Source of the DNA: Leucoraja ocellata
Lineage: Eukaryota
NCBI GenBank assembly: GCA_036785375.1
Contig: JAWMAR010000175.1
Location: 1,178,001-1,242,000, forward strand
DNA: 64,000 bases
Reading direction: 5' to 3'
Of this stretch, positions 51,300 through 63,665 are shown in pieces. Numbering within the stretch: the stretch's first letter is position 1; every line of letters starts with the position of its first letter. Both the position numbers and the translations under genes were made by a program. The notes beneath the pieces are model-generated. The model saw only the letters and a list, made by a program, of their open reading frames with translations. It searched no databases and was not told where the DNA came from.

Positions 51300-53830
51300 C
51301 TACACTTGTCGCTTTACCTCCCCCCTTGACTCCATTCAAGGACCCAAGCAGTCGTTCCAGGTGCGACAGAGGTTCACCTGCATCTCCTCCAACCTCATCT
51401 ATTGCATCCGCTGCTCTAGGTGTCAGCTGATCTACATCGGTGAGACCAAGCGTAGGCTTGGCGATCGCTTCGCTGAACACCTCCGCTCGGTTCGCAATAT
51501 CCAACCTGATCTCTCGGTGACTCAGCACTTCAACTCCCCCTCCCATTTCCGAATCCGACCTTTCTGTCCTGGGTCTCTTCCATGGCCAGAGTGAGGCCCA
51601 CCGTAAATTGGAGGAACAGCAATTCATATTTTGCTTGGGCAGTTTGCACCCCAGCGGCATGAACATTGACTTCTCTAATTTCAGGTAGTCCTCACTGTCT
51701 CCGTCCCCTTCTCAGCTCTCCCTCAGCCCACTGGCTCCTCCTCTCTACCTTTCCTCTTCACCACCCCCCCCCCCCCCCCCCACACTAACATCAGTCTGAA
51801 GAAGGGTTTTGACCCAAAACGTTGCCTATTTCCTTCGCTTCATAGATGCTGCTGAACCCACTGAGTTTCTCCAGCATTTTTGTCTACCTTCGATTTTCCA
51901 GGATCTGCAGTTCCTTCTTAAACATTGTTCTGGCTACTGTGAGTCCTTGTAGTGATGAAGTTGTCCCGGTCGGTGCAAAGGGTCACCACAGATCCCCTCA
52001 CATCCAGCCAGCTACTGGATGGTCCTTCCATAAGCTAGGGTACTGTCCCATTCATCTCTACCCCATTGCAGATATTGAATTGTCCTTGAACAGACCCATT
52101 GTTTTTGCCTGCTCTTGTCCCACAAATGATTTCCACGTATCTCGACTCCATCCTATCCCCCCTGGTCCAATCCATCCCGACCAATGTCCAAGACATCTCG
52201 CACAGTCTTTGTCTCTTCAATGACTTCTGCTTTGAGCCCCGCACTCCCTCATCTTTACCATGGATGTTCAGTCACTCTACACCTCCATCCCCCACCAGGA
52301 AGGCCTTTAACCCCTCCGTTTCTTCCTCGACCACAGAACCATCCAATCTCCCTCTATTAACACTCACCTGCCTATCGGAGCTGGTCCTCATCCTAACAAC
52401 TTCTCCTTCAATCCTCCCACTTCGTCCAAGTCCAAGGCGTAGCTATGGGCACCCACATGGGCCCCAGCTATGCCTGTCTCTTTGTAGGGTACGTTGAACA
52501 ATCCCTGTTCCAGGTGTACACTGACCCTATCCCCGAACTCTATCTCCGTTACATTGATGACTGCGTCGGTGGTACTTCCTGCACCCATGCACCACACCTA
52601 CCTCCCTTTTCCGACACCAACCTCCCCTTTCTTGATCACGCAGTCACCATCACAGGAGATAAACTATCGACTGAAGTCCATTACAAACCCACTGACTCCC
52701 ACTCCCATCTCGACTACACTTCTTCCAACCCTGCTTCCTGCAAAGACTCTATCCGCTACTCCCAATTCCTCTGTCTACGCCGCATCTGCGCCCAAGATGA
52801 GGTGTTACATACCAGAACATCCGAGATGTCCTCAGTCTTTCGGAAACGGGGGTTCCCTTCTCCCATCATAGATGAGGCCCTCATTCATGTCTCCTCAGTA
52901 CCCCACAGTTCCACCCTTGCTCCACCTCCCACTCACCCTAGTCACAACAGAGACAGAGTCCCCTTAACCTTTCACCCCATCAGCCGTCGCATGCAACACA
53001 TAATCCTCCGACATTTTCGCCACCTCCGACGGGATCCCACCACTAGCCGCATCTTCCCATCCCCACCCCTGTTCACCTTCCACAGAGACCGTTCCCTCCG
53101 CAACTCCCTGGTTAACTCATCCCTTCCCACCCAAACCACCCCCTCCCCAGGTACCTTCCCCTGCAACTGCAGAAGATGCAACACCTGTCACTATACCTCC
53201 TCCCTCAACTCTGTCCAAGAGACCCCGACAGTCCTTTCAGGTTAGGCAGAGGTTCACTTGCACCTCCTCCAACCTCATCTACTGTATCCGCTGTTCAAGA
53301 TGTGGACTCTTGTACATCGGCGAGACCAAACGCAGACTGGGCGATCGTTTCACGGAACACCTTCGCTCAGCCCGCCTGAACCAACCTGATCTCCCGGTTA
53401 CTGGACACTTTCTGTCCTCTGCCTCCTCCATTGTCAGAGTGAGGCTAAACACAAATTGGAGGAACAGCATCTCATATTTCGCTTGGCCAGCTTACAGCCC
53501 AGCGGTATGGATGTTGATTTCTCTCACTTCAAGTAACCCTGGCATTCCCTCTCTCTCTCTATCCCTCCCCCACCCAAGTTGCACTAGCTTCTGGTTTTGA
53601 CCCAAGAAACAGCAAACGATGGCCTGTTTCCTTTATCATTGTTGCTTTTTTTGCATATCTTTCATTCATTGTTCTTTATCTCTCCACATCACCGTCTATA
53701 TCTCTTGTTTCCCTTATCGCTAACCAGTCTGAAGAAGGGTCTCGACCCAAAACGTCACCCATTCCTTCTCTCCGGAGATGCTGCCTGTCCCGCTGAATTA
53801 TTCCAGCTTTTTGTGTCTATCATCGGTTTA
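51300..53830 (+). mobile_element. Penelope-like element fragments (GIY-YIG at 51361-51690; RT plus GIY-YIG at about 52020-53540)
   Basis: MGT.MGPSYACLF, RYIDD, LPFLD, YKPTD, CxxxRCxTC and NLIYCIRC..C..LYIGETKRRL..RF.EH. Confidence 0.9.
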
Positions 53831-54129
53831 AACCAGCAGGTCCTTCCTACACACTGATTGTATGGTATATTTGATCTGTTCTGATAGCATGCATAAAGCT
53901 AAACGGGCCAATCACACCTTAAATGAGAAATGAAGTAATATTTACTCTCCCTGACCACACCTGACCACCTTTTGCATTTTTAAATCTCCTTGAAATCTAT
54001 TGTTCTGACTACATTTTGAGCTATCTCTCTCCTAACTTCATCTCTGACTCAGTCTTGTGTACCAACACATACACTTGTGAAGCAAGTGCGTGGATTCATT
54101 TATATATGTTTAGGTTGGAGAGATAAGGC

Positions 54130-54435
54130 CCAGTGGCGCAGCTGGTAGAGCTGCTGCCTCACAGCGCCAGAGACCCGGTTTCTATCCTGACCTCAGTTGC
54201 TCTCCATGTGGAGTTTGCACGTTCTCCGTGTCACCGTGTGGGTTTCCCCCGGGGGTGCTCCGGTTTCCTCCCACATCCCAAAGACGTGCGGGTTTGTAGG
54301 TTCATTGGCCCTCTGTAAGTTGCCCCCAGTGTGTAGAGTGGATGGGAAAGTGGGATAGCATAGAACTGGTGGGCCGAAGGAACTGCTTCAATGCTGTATC
54401 TGTAACTAAACTAAACTAAACTAAACTAAACTAAG
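54130..54435 (+). mobile_element. HE1-type SINE
   Basis: cagtggcgcagctggtagagctgctgcc head and (AAACT)n tail. Confidence 0.8.
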
Positions 54436-54570
54436 CAGAACTGAACTAATCTAAACTAAAGGAGATGAAAGTGAACTGGCAGCTTGTTATCTCCAGATGT
54501 TGATTGCCGTCTGTGTATCTAGACACAGCTCCATTGTCTAAGGTTTCACTGGGTTCTTGCTTCCTTCCAG

Positions 54571-54855
54571 GTGACAGTAAGAACCTGACACTTTTGCCCC
54601 CAAACACACTGAGTGCTGAGGTCAACATCTCCTGTGGTGTGACTGGTGCTTATCCACAGCCGTTAATAACATGGCGGGATGAGAATGGGATCGACCTCAC
54701 TAACAATGCAACATCAAGTAACACTAATGACTCGCAAGGTCTTTACAACACGGAGAGCATTCTGAAGACAGATTATACGTCAAGGACAATGTACGAGTGC
54801 ACCATAAGGAATGAACGATTGCAAAAGTCATGGACTGCATCCTGGAAAATGCAAG
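54571..54855 (+). CDS. HHLA2: B7-H7/HHLA2-like gene, IgC exon
   Basis: ttccttccag acceptor, AAG|gtaat donor, 285 nt, phase 1-1. ISC..GAYPQPLITW...DSQGLYNTES.L....YECTIRN is a B7-type C domain. Confidence 0.92.
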
Positions 54856-55029
54856 GTAATGATAAAGAATAAATTACAGGAGACCTGGCCATGTTTTCTT
54901 CCAGTCTGTGATCATGTTTAACTGGATATAAGGTGATACTGGATATACTGTACACTGTGCTTGCAACTGTAGCAGTTTGTGTCATTCAAACTCCTGTCAA
55001 ATTAAGTGATGTTGCCAAGATGTCTAAGG

Positions 55030-55610
55030 ATCCCGACAGTCTTCCCAGGTGAGGCAGAGGTCCATTTGCACCTCCTCCAACCTCATCTACTGTATCCACT
55101 GTTCCTGGTGTCAAATCCTGTACATCGGTGAGACCAAGCGCAGGCTCGGCGATCGTTTCAGTGAACACCTCCGCTCAGTCCGCCTTAACCTACCTGATCT
55201 CCCGGTGGCTCAGTACTTGAACTCCCCCTCCCATTCCCAATCTGGCCCTTCTGTCCTGGGCATCCTCGATTGTCAGAGTGAGGCCCAGCGCAAATTGGAG
55301 GAACAGCACCTCATATTTCGCTTGGGTAGCTTACACCCCAGCGGTATGAACATTGACTTCTCTAACTTCAAATAGCCCTTGCTTTCCCTCTCTCTCCATC
55401 CCCTCCCCATTCCCAGCTCTCCCACCAGTCTTACTGACTCTGCCTACATTCTATCTCTGTCCCGCCCACTCCCCTGACATCAGTCTGAGAAGGGTCTCGA
55501 CACGAAACATCACCCATTCCTTCTCTCCAGAGATGCTGCCTGTCCCACTGAGTTACTCCGACATTTTGTGTCTACCTTCGGTTTAAACCAGCATCTGCAG
55601 TTCCTTTGTA
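55030..55610 (+). mobile_element. Penelope GIY-YIG 3' fragment
   Basis: NLIYCIHC..CQILYIGETKRRLGDRFSEH...LEEQHLIFRLG..PSGMN. Confidence 0.9.
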
Positions 55611-56939
55611 CACATGCCAATAGACTTGTTGTCAAGTTCCCAGATTCACTTATTCCTGTTGTTTGATGATTTTACGACAGAGCTGGATCTGGCCCCTAGA
55701 TTATTTTGATGCCCATCATTTCCTGCAGGGTGATGTCCATTATATTGCTGACTGGAGTATCATGCAAACTCATAACATGAAGTGATTTGGGCCAGAATTT
55801 GATATAAAATGCCAACAGTTCTCTGTCCACACTTTCCCACAACATGTCTGCAACGTTGGAATTTCACCAGAAAATTCAGGTCACTTCTTCAGACCCAAAA
55901 TGTCACCGATCCATGTTCCCCAGAGATGCTGCTGCCTGACCTGCTGAGCATTTTGTATCTATTTTTGTAAACCAACATCTGTGGTTCCTGGTGTCTATGT
56001 TCATTTCTCCAACCCTTCTGAGACTGATACAACACGGGAAAAGGCCCTTAGGCCCAACTTGTCCATGCTGACCAAGAAAAGCCATCTACACTAGTCCCAC
56101 CAGCCCCCATTTGGCCCTTATCCCTCTAAACATTTCCTATCCATGCCCCTGTCTTTTAAATGTTGTTATAGTACCTGCCTCAACTACCTCCTCTGGCAGC
56201 TCGTTCCATATACCCATCATCCTGTGTGTGAAAAAGTTGCCCCTCAGGTTCCTATTAAATCGTTCCCCTCTCACCTTAAACCCAGGTCCTCGTGTTCTTG
56301 AGTCCCCTCCTCTGGGTGAAACACTCTGCATTTATCCCATCTATTCACCTCAGGTTTTTTTACACCTCTATAAGAATACCCTTCAGTCACCTGTGCTCCA
56401 TGGAATAAAGTCCTCGCCTGCCCAACCTCTCCCTGTAGCTCAGGCCCCTCGGGTCCTGGCAGATGGTATAAATGATTTTGAATGTGTCGGACATTTCAGT
56501 ACACCATATAATGTGTGGATAAAAGTGGTGGATTTTCCCTGTTTTGTAATCCAGGCTAGCTGCCCTCTCTTCCTGGGTGTTAAACAATCACTGCCTTTGT
56601 TATATGTACATGCACCAGCACCCAAAGTGGTACCACACCCTTCCACAGCTCAGGAAAACAAAGAGATACTATTCCATTCCAAGTATTGGAAACGAGGAAC
56701 TGCAGATGCTGGTTAATAAACAAAAGGACCCAAAGCACTGGAATAACTCAGCATCATTGGGGAAAGAACAGAATCTAAAGAATGTTCCCTCCCCGAAACG
56801 TGACCTATCCCTGTTCTCCATCGATGCTGCCTAACCCGCTGAGTCACTCCACCACTTTGTGTCCTTGTGAGATCTCACGTCAAAGAGTTTACTGTGTTTC
56901 GAGTAAAACATTACATGTTTTTGTTTAATTTTTTTGAAG

Positions 56940-57251
56940 GCACATTGAAAGAAAATGAGACTCATCCTGCCGCCATTCATTGCCAATATCCCCATAACAA
57001 TGATCAAGATTTGACAATTATATGGAGGTTTAGGAACTCAGAAACCTCTTCCTTGGCAGTAATGTGTGAATCAACGCCGCAGAATGCCAGTGAGAGTTCA
57101 GGTTGCAAGAAGGAGCGAATGAAAGTGATAAACACCAAGAACTCTTCCACACTTCAACTGGGCCGTGCAATGAAGGAGGATGCTGGAGAATATATCTGTG
57201 AAATCAGGACCCGAGATGTGTTGCAAATATTCACCTACGTACTACAAATAG
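56940..57251 (+). CDS. HHLA2: B7-H7/HHLA2-like gene, third Ig (V-like) exon
   Basis: T-rich acceptor tttttgaag, G|gtagg donor, 312 nt, phase 1-1. IHC...IIW...STLQL....EDAGEYICEI. Confidence 0.9.
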
Positions 57252-59037
57252 GTAGGCCGTCAACATGTCTGTGTGCTTCATTCTCAACACTTCAAGTTTA
57301 GTTGAACTAAACGTAACGATATGATAAAACGTGAGAAATAAGGGCGGCACAGTGGCGCAGCGGTAGAGCTGCTGTCTCACAACGCCACAGACCCAGGTTC
57401 GATTCTGGTCTCGGGTGCTGCCTGTACGGAGTTTGCACATTTTCCTGTGGGATTTCTCCAGGTGCTCCGTGCGGCTATCCATGTGTAGGATAGTGCTGGT
57501 GTATGGGTGGATTCGATGGGCCGAAGGGCCTGTTTTCCGGCCCTATCTCCAAACTAAACTACAGAGGGTAGAAGTTCGTCCTGAACAGTTGTGCTAGTGG
57601 GTGGTTGAGTCTTTGCTGCTCATCCTCCAGAACAGAAGTGTTTCTGTGTCAGTACACATTGGTACACCAAACTGACCCCAGGGAACAGGTAAAAGCCAGA
57701 TAGCCACATTCTTAGCGTTTGAATTTGTAACAGTGTTGATATTATAGTTTTTTAGTTCTTAATTTTACAGACACAGGAAGGGTTTAGAGGGATATGGGCC
57801 AAAAGTGGGCAAATGGGACGGGCTTAGATGGGGCATCATGGTCAGCATGAACGAGTTGGGCCAAAGGGCCTCTTCAGTGTTGTATGACTGTGACTCTAAA
57901 TTAGAAATTAATGGGTCACAAAATAAAAACAGATGAGGGGATTATATTGATGGAAAAAAATTGTTGACAAATGTAGCTCAATTTGTAATTGATATGTGCC
58001 CCTACTTGTCTACAAAACAAACACTGCTCCAGAATACTCAGCTATGTTGACGACAGTGAAACTGGGTACAATCTGGGAAGCATAAAATATATCTGATCCA
58101 CCCCCTCTCCTGAACCATTCTGGCTCCTGATCTACTATTGCTCTTAATCCACCATAACTGCTGATTCATCCCAGCTCCCGATCCACTCTCACTCCGTGTG
58201 TAGGAAAGAACGTCTTCTTCTTGCGTATGGCATGCGCAGCCTAAAGTTGTAGGACAACTTGTTCTTATTTGATTGTGAACGCTGGGTTGAAACAGGGCGG
58301 ACCATGTGGAGGTTGCAATCTTCCACCACAGGAGAGAACTGCAGATACTGGTTTAAATCGAAGGTAAACACAAAATGCTGCAGTAACTCAGCGGGACAGG
58401 CAGCATCTTTGGAGAGAAGGAATGGGTTGACGATTTGGGTCGAAACCCTTCTGAAGTCTGAATTCCTTCTCCAATTCCTTCTCTCCAGAGATGCTGTCTG
58501 ACCAGCTGAGTTATTCCAGCATTTTGTGTGTTCCCTCACTCCAGATCGCTCTCACTCCTGATAGGCTCCCGATCCTTTGCTCCTCATCCACTCTGGCTCA
58601 ACCATATCACCCCCTATCACTTCCCACCTCTGCATTTCCCTTCCAGGAGTGGGATGTGAAGGGTCCAGGTGAGATTCACATTTATAGCTGGTGGCCACTA
58701 AACCTGCCTGGACCGGCCCTTTGCAACCACTTCCTTATTCTCCCACAGATCTCCCCCTGGGTAGTGAAGATTCACTTCAGCAATCTTCAATGCAAAGGTG
58801 ATTCAATTTAATTATTTAGTTTAATTATCACTGAAATAATAATAATTGAAAAGATGGAACACGAACTGCCCAAGTTTTGTATTGAGGGAACACTCAGTCA
58901 TTTGTAGTTTTGCTGCATTTATTCTTGAATTCCAGAGGTTTTTTTATAAATTTAAATTCTCTACTATTGTTGGATCTTTTTATGTAAATTCTCTGATCTG
59001 TGCTAATTCTCTGATCTGTCTTTTGTTCAAATTTCAG

Positions 59038-59162
59038 ACCCGACAGTTGAGGAAAGTCACAAACGCACGCATTATGGCATTTTTGCCGCCTTGGCAATGG
59101 TGGCTTTGCTGATCATCTGTATTTCAATCATAAACTGGCGTTTAAATTCTCAGAGGCATTAG
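59038..59162 (+). CDS. HHLA2: B7-H7/HHLA2-like gene, TM/terminal exon (DPTVEESHKRTHYGIFAALAMVALLIICISIINWRLNSQRH*)
   Basis: atttcag acceptor, phase 1, a hydrophobic TM segment and a TAG stop at 59160-62. Confidence 0.85.
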
Positions 59163-60897
59163 CTCAGACATTTTGCAACAGAAGCAGTTACAATCATAAC
59201 ATTACCAAACCTGGAACAAATGTGGTGTGGACAGTGTCTTTCCATTTATATTTATACTGGAGTCAAGTACCGGGTTTTATCTCCTACATGTGCTTCTGAA
59301 CTCCATTTCCAGCAACAAGGATTATTTCAGCCCGAGTAACTTCCTGATCCACTGGAACAGTGCCATCATGCTAAATGACCATCTATCTGAATCACCCAGC
59401 AATTTGATCAGTTACCCAGACTGAGATAAGTTGTCACATTTGGGGAGGATCTCACTTCACAACAGGATTGGATGGCCTACTTTACCGGTACTGATTTTGA
59501 AGTGCAGCTCCCCAGACTTGGTCTTAATCAACAAGTAACTAGTGGGAGAGTCCAGGATCAGAGAGCACAGCCTCAGAGCAAAAGGACGTATCTTCAGAAT
59601 GGAGAAGAGGAGGAATTTTCTTAGCCAGAGGACAATAAATCTGTAGAATTCATTGCCACAAACAGTGGTGGAGCCCGTCGATGGATATTTTTAAAGCCGA
59701 GATCGTCTGCTTTCTTGGTTAATGGTACTTAATTTGTCGCTTTATTTGTTCACCATATGTTAAATTTCATCAGTCTCTAAATAGTTGAATTGGGAGCACC
59801 CCTCCCAGTTAATGACCCCATCTTTAGGCAGGGAGGTCTCTCTGGCCAATGTTTTAAAAGTCATGCCAACAGGAGGAATGAACAATCCATTCGCAATTTA
59901 TTAATAGTAATTTTACACAAAGTTTAAAACATTGATATTTTGTGCAAGAAACAAAATATTTGTCAACTTACATATTGTATAAACTATAGTTGCACTATTT
60001 TAAAACATATTCGTATTTAAAAGGTTTATTTTGTCAACAGGATGAAAGAAAGATGTACATTGAATGTTTGGATGTGCCAGCTAACTAAAAATGAGTCAGA
60101 ATAAAACAAGCACCCGATTCAAAATAGTGTCAAAACTCTTTACCAATGTGAAAATGAGTGGAATTAGTGAGAGGTTCATATGGTCATTTTTTGCAATGTA
60201 ATTAGTTGAATACATTGTTTAGTTTAAATTTTAAATCAGTGGACTGGTTTTTATTTTACAAGCTGTCAGACATTGTTGTAAGAAGTTTGAAAAATAACAT
60301 CTAATATCTTTGCGCACGAGCCGATGAACATCACGATTAAGATGAATTTACTCATCTTAAATACTGCAATAAAATCAAATGTAGAATTGATTATAAGAAA
60401 ATTGTAACTGGGTTTGGATATTAGAATCCAGGGCAGGATTTAATGGTCGACCTATATCAAGTATTAATATATCAGTAAAATTCCACTACTCTATCACTAG
60501 GTACAGACTTGTTCCAAGTTTGAAAGAACTATTGTCCAAATCTAAAGGACACCTCCTCAATATATACACACTACTGAAATGTTTGGTTATTCGCAGTATT
60601 TTACTATATCATGAACAAAAATGCGTTCAAGCCTAAATGTGACTACACCAAATCTGCAGCCTGCAACGTCAGTATTTTTGCACATAATAAGGGCCCAGAG
60701 CAGTGTGATTCAAGCAACATCAAATACTTGCTTCCAAAGCCAGCACTTTAAATGCTGTTCATATTTAATGGCTTAAAATTTCGTTAAAATTTAATCCCAT
60801 AGTATGAACATGTCATCTTCCAGCCACAGAGACTTAAAGGTAACAGTTGATCTCAGCTCCATTTCTGTTCACATTAAAATGCCAGAAAGCAGCAAGA

Positions 60898-61068
60898 CTA
60901 CAGACTGAGATTGACAGTGTTCGATGGCAATTTACTGCTACTCAGGCTATGAATCATTGCTATCATCTGGGAATGTTTGCTGAGTTCCTCCTGCTGTGCT
61001 TGGACCAAGGCTTCCTGTTGTTGTAACCGGGCCTCCAGCTGCGATTTCTGTACTTCGAAGGATGACAA
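60898..61068 (-). CDS. CIP2A: CIP2A (KIAA1524) last coding exon ([56 protein letters not shown])
   Basis: Matches the recalled vertebrate CIP2A C-terminus ([19 protein letters not shown]...TVNLS); ttcatag acceptor, phase 0. Confidence 0.93.
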   Translation of the reverse strand: MSSFEVQKSQLEARLQQQEALVQAQQEELSKHSQMIAMIHSLSSSKLPSNTVNLSL

Positions 61069-61384
61069 CTATGAACAGATAAAGTAGATACATGAGGCAG
61101 AATTAAATCACATGTATACGTTCACCCAAAGCTACATTTCGTTCTACTTTGGTTGCAATGAGAAGCCTGTACACAAATTGCAAATTATTTTTTTGACTTA
61201 GTTCTGCCCAATCATTTACATATCACTGAACATAAATTCTATCATCAACCAAAGAATGTTTCTTATTATAAAACTAACATAGAGCAGTTTAATTAATAGA
61301 ATAGAAATAGAAAGTATAGAAAATTCCAAGCTGTGTATTGGACATTTTCTTTATCTTCTGACAAATCCCAAACTGTCATTTGTT

Positions 61385-61822
61385 GAAAGAATGGAGTGAC
61401 TGAGCTTGTATACTCTGGAATTTAGAAGGATGAGAGGATATCTTATGAAACATGTAACATTATTGAGGGTTTGGACACGCTAGAGGCAGGAAACATGTTC
61501 CAGATGTTGGGGGAGTCCAGAACCAAAGGCTACAGTTTAAGACAAAGGGGTAGGCCATTTAGAACGGAGATGAGGAAAAACGTTTTCACCCAGAGAGTTG
61601 TGAATCTATGGAATTCTCTGCCTCAGAATGCAGTGGAGGCTAATTCTCTGGATGCTTTCAAGAGAGAGTTAGATAGAGCTCTTAAAGGCAGCAGAGTCAA
61701 GGGATATGGGGAGAAGGCAGGAACGGGGTACTGATTGTGGATGATCAGCCATGATCACAGTGAATGGCGGTGCAGGCTTGAAGGGACGAATGGTCTATTC
61801 CTGCACCTATTGTCTATTGTCT
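61385..61822 (+). mobile_element. CR1 3' fragment in the last CIP2A intron
   Basis: FTQRVVNLWNSLPQ..VEA..FKRELD. Confidence 0.9.
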
Positions 61823-62072
61823 AAAGGGTCAGGCAATTTTTGAACTGTTTATGAAGTTACGATTTCTATTCCAACCATTAAGAGATATTCTCTCAAGCTG
61901 GAGTGCTCACTGCTCTCTCGTAATCGGAATTACAACTCTCATAATCAGTTTACTCTCTGCAGCTATTTAACAGAATATTCAGCAGCAATATTGCATATCA
62001 CAGTCTTCACACACTGAGTATCCTGAGAAGACTGATTAACAATACTGTTCAAATAGGCAGCAGATTGTGTAC

Positions 62073-62212
62073 CTTAATGCTGAGTTCTTTCCGTGCTAAC
62101 TCGATCTTGCTAAGCTCCCTTTGGAGAGCACTAATAGCTTCTTCCATGTCCTCTTTCTCCTTCTCCATTGTTTTAATTTTTTCGTGTTGTGCCTGGGACC
62201 TTTGTTGTAAAT
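62073..62212 (-). CDS. CIP2A: CIP2A exon (DLQQRSQAQHEKIKTMEKEKEDMEEAISALQRELSKIELARKELSIK)
   Basis: AG/GT boundaries, 140 nt, phase 1-0, coiled coil ending RKELSIK as in CIP2A. Confidence 0.92.
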
Positions 62213-63354
62213 CTGCAAGTCATTATAAGACAGTTTAAGACCGGCACACAGAGGGAATAATTAGCACGTTATAACCAAGCATGTTCTTTTGCATTGGATA
62301 TCTTGTCCACTGCTTTACTGCGTTACGTTTCAGCAATAGTTTCAGTTTCACCAGGTCAGAAAATTGCCAGCCCTTCAACCTTCCAGTTCGTCATAGTGGT
62401 TTTTGACAAAACTCTGGAAATGTCTGAAATATCAATCTCCCATTTCAGACATGGCAATGACATCTGTAATTTTGCATGTGGTTTTTTTTATCATAATTTT
62501 CTGTACATCTCCCCCTTGTTAAAAGACCCAGGCCTTTTAATTCAATCATTCCAATTACCATCTGCTGGTAGTCAAATCACTGTAAAAACACAGGATACAA
62601 ATGAAGGACAGTGTGTTCCAGTAATTCCTTCTGTCAAGAACCTTATAGAATATGGGGCAGATGGAAGGTATCCAGGACAAAACTTGCTCCCGCACAAGAA
62701 TTCAAACAACTTACAGAAGCAATTGAAAAAAAATTAAAAGCTGCCTTTGTCGCTCATGTTTCATAGAGAAATCATCCTCATAAGAATTTCTTCTTGATCT
62801 AACATTTGTTTTATAAAAATATATTAACATTGAGATGGTATAAGATCTGGGGGCACATGAACTATACTTAATCTGCAAATTACATGAGTGTACCTATGCA
62901 TTATGCATCTAGGTACTTTTTATCTGTATAATGAATTGAACTGCGAGATTCTTGAGGATGTGCTGTTTGTTCCATGTTTTTGTATGCAAAGGAGAACACT
63001 ATTTATATTTCGTAGATCAAATTGTTTTTTTTTACCCAATTTCGATTGTTATTCTAACAATCCACTTGCTATATGGTTACAAACCTCCATACCATCCCAT
63101 AATAGGAATAACTTCTCAAACGTGAAAGAGTCACATGAGGTGAAGGATAAAATATGCGGAAGAAAAGATAGAAGGCATATTTCTGCAAGAAATAAAACTC
63201 TAAACATCCAGTGTTGTGCCTGATATTCTATGGCATATATTTATTTAATCTAAAATTAGAAAAAACATTAAATGTAGCTTTCATGCTAATTGTCAACAGT
63301 TTTCCCCCAAATAAACCTTTATAAAAAATATATAAAATGAAATGTATATCCAAC

Positions 63355-63437
63355 CCAATAATCTATTGTCCTTTTCCTGTAACTGGATGCACATCTCATT
63401 TTTCTGTGATTCCAATTCCGCGAATTGAGCATGGCAC
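63355..63437 (-). CDS. CIP2A: CIP2A exon (RCHAQFAELESQKNEMCIQLQEKDNRLL)
   Basis: AG/GT boundaries, 83 nt, phase 2-1, in frame with both neighbouring exons. Confidence 0.85.
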
Positions 63438-63551
63438 CTGTGATCCAAAACAGAAAAGACAAGACATGTTGCTGTATTTCCCCCATCTGACAAACATGAC
63501 ATCAGGATGTATGAATACCATGTCTAAACACACATCCTAAGATGGGCTTAC

Positions 63552-63665
63552 CTGTCATTCTGTTGCTTAAGTGAGTCAACTTGCTTTTTGAACAATTCAC
63601 ATTGCTTGCCCAATGATTTATATTCAATCTGAAGTTCTTTAAACTGCCTTTCAACATTATCAAGA
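63552..63665 (-). CDS. CIP2A: CIP2A exon (LDNVERQFKELQIEYKSLGKQCELFKKQVDSLKQQND); the gene continues beyond the window
   Basis: ttccttccag acceptor, AG|gtaag donor, 114 nt, phase 2-2, coiled coil. Confidence 0.88.

Noticed and set aside
54130-54200. tRNA genes
   Set aside because: The tRNA-like heads continue into SINE bodies and (AAACT)n tails.
62294-63223. + strand ORFs of 147 and 111 aa
   Set aside because: They are antisense within a CIP2A intron, AT-rich, and have no recognisable motif.
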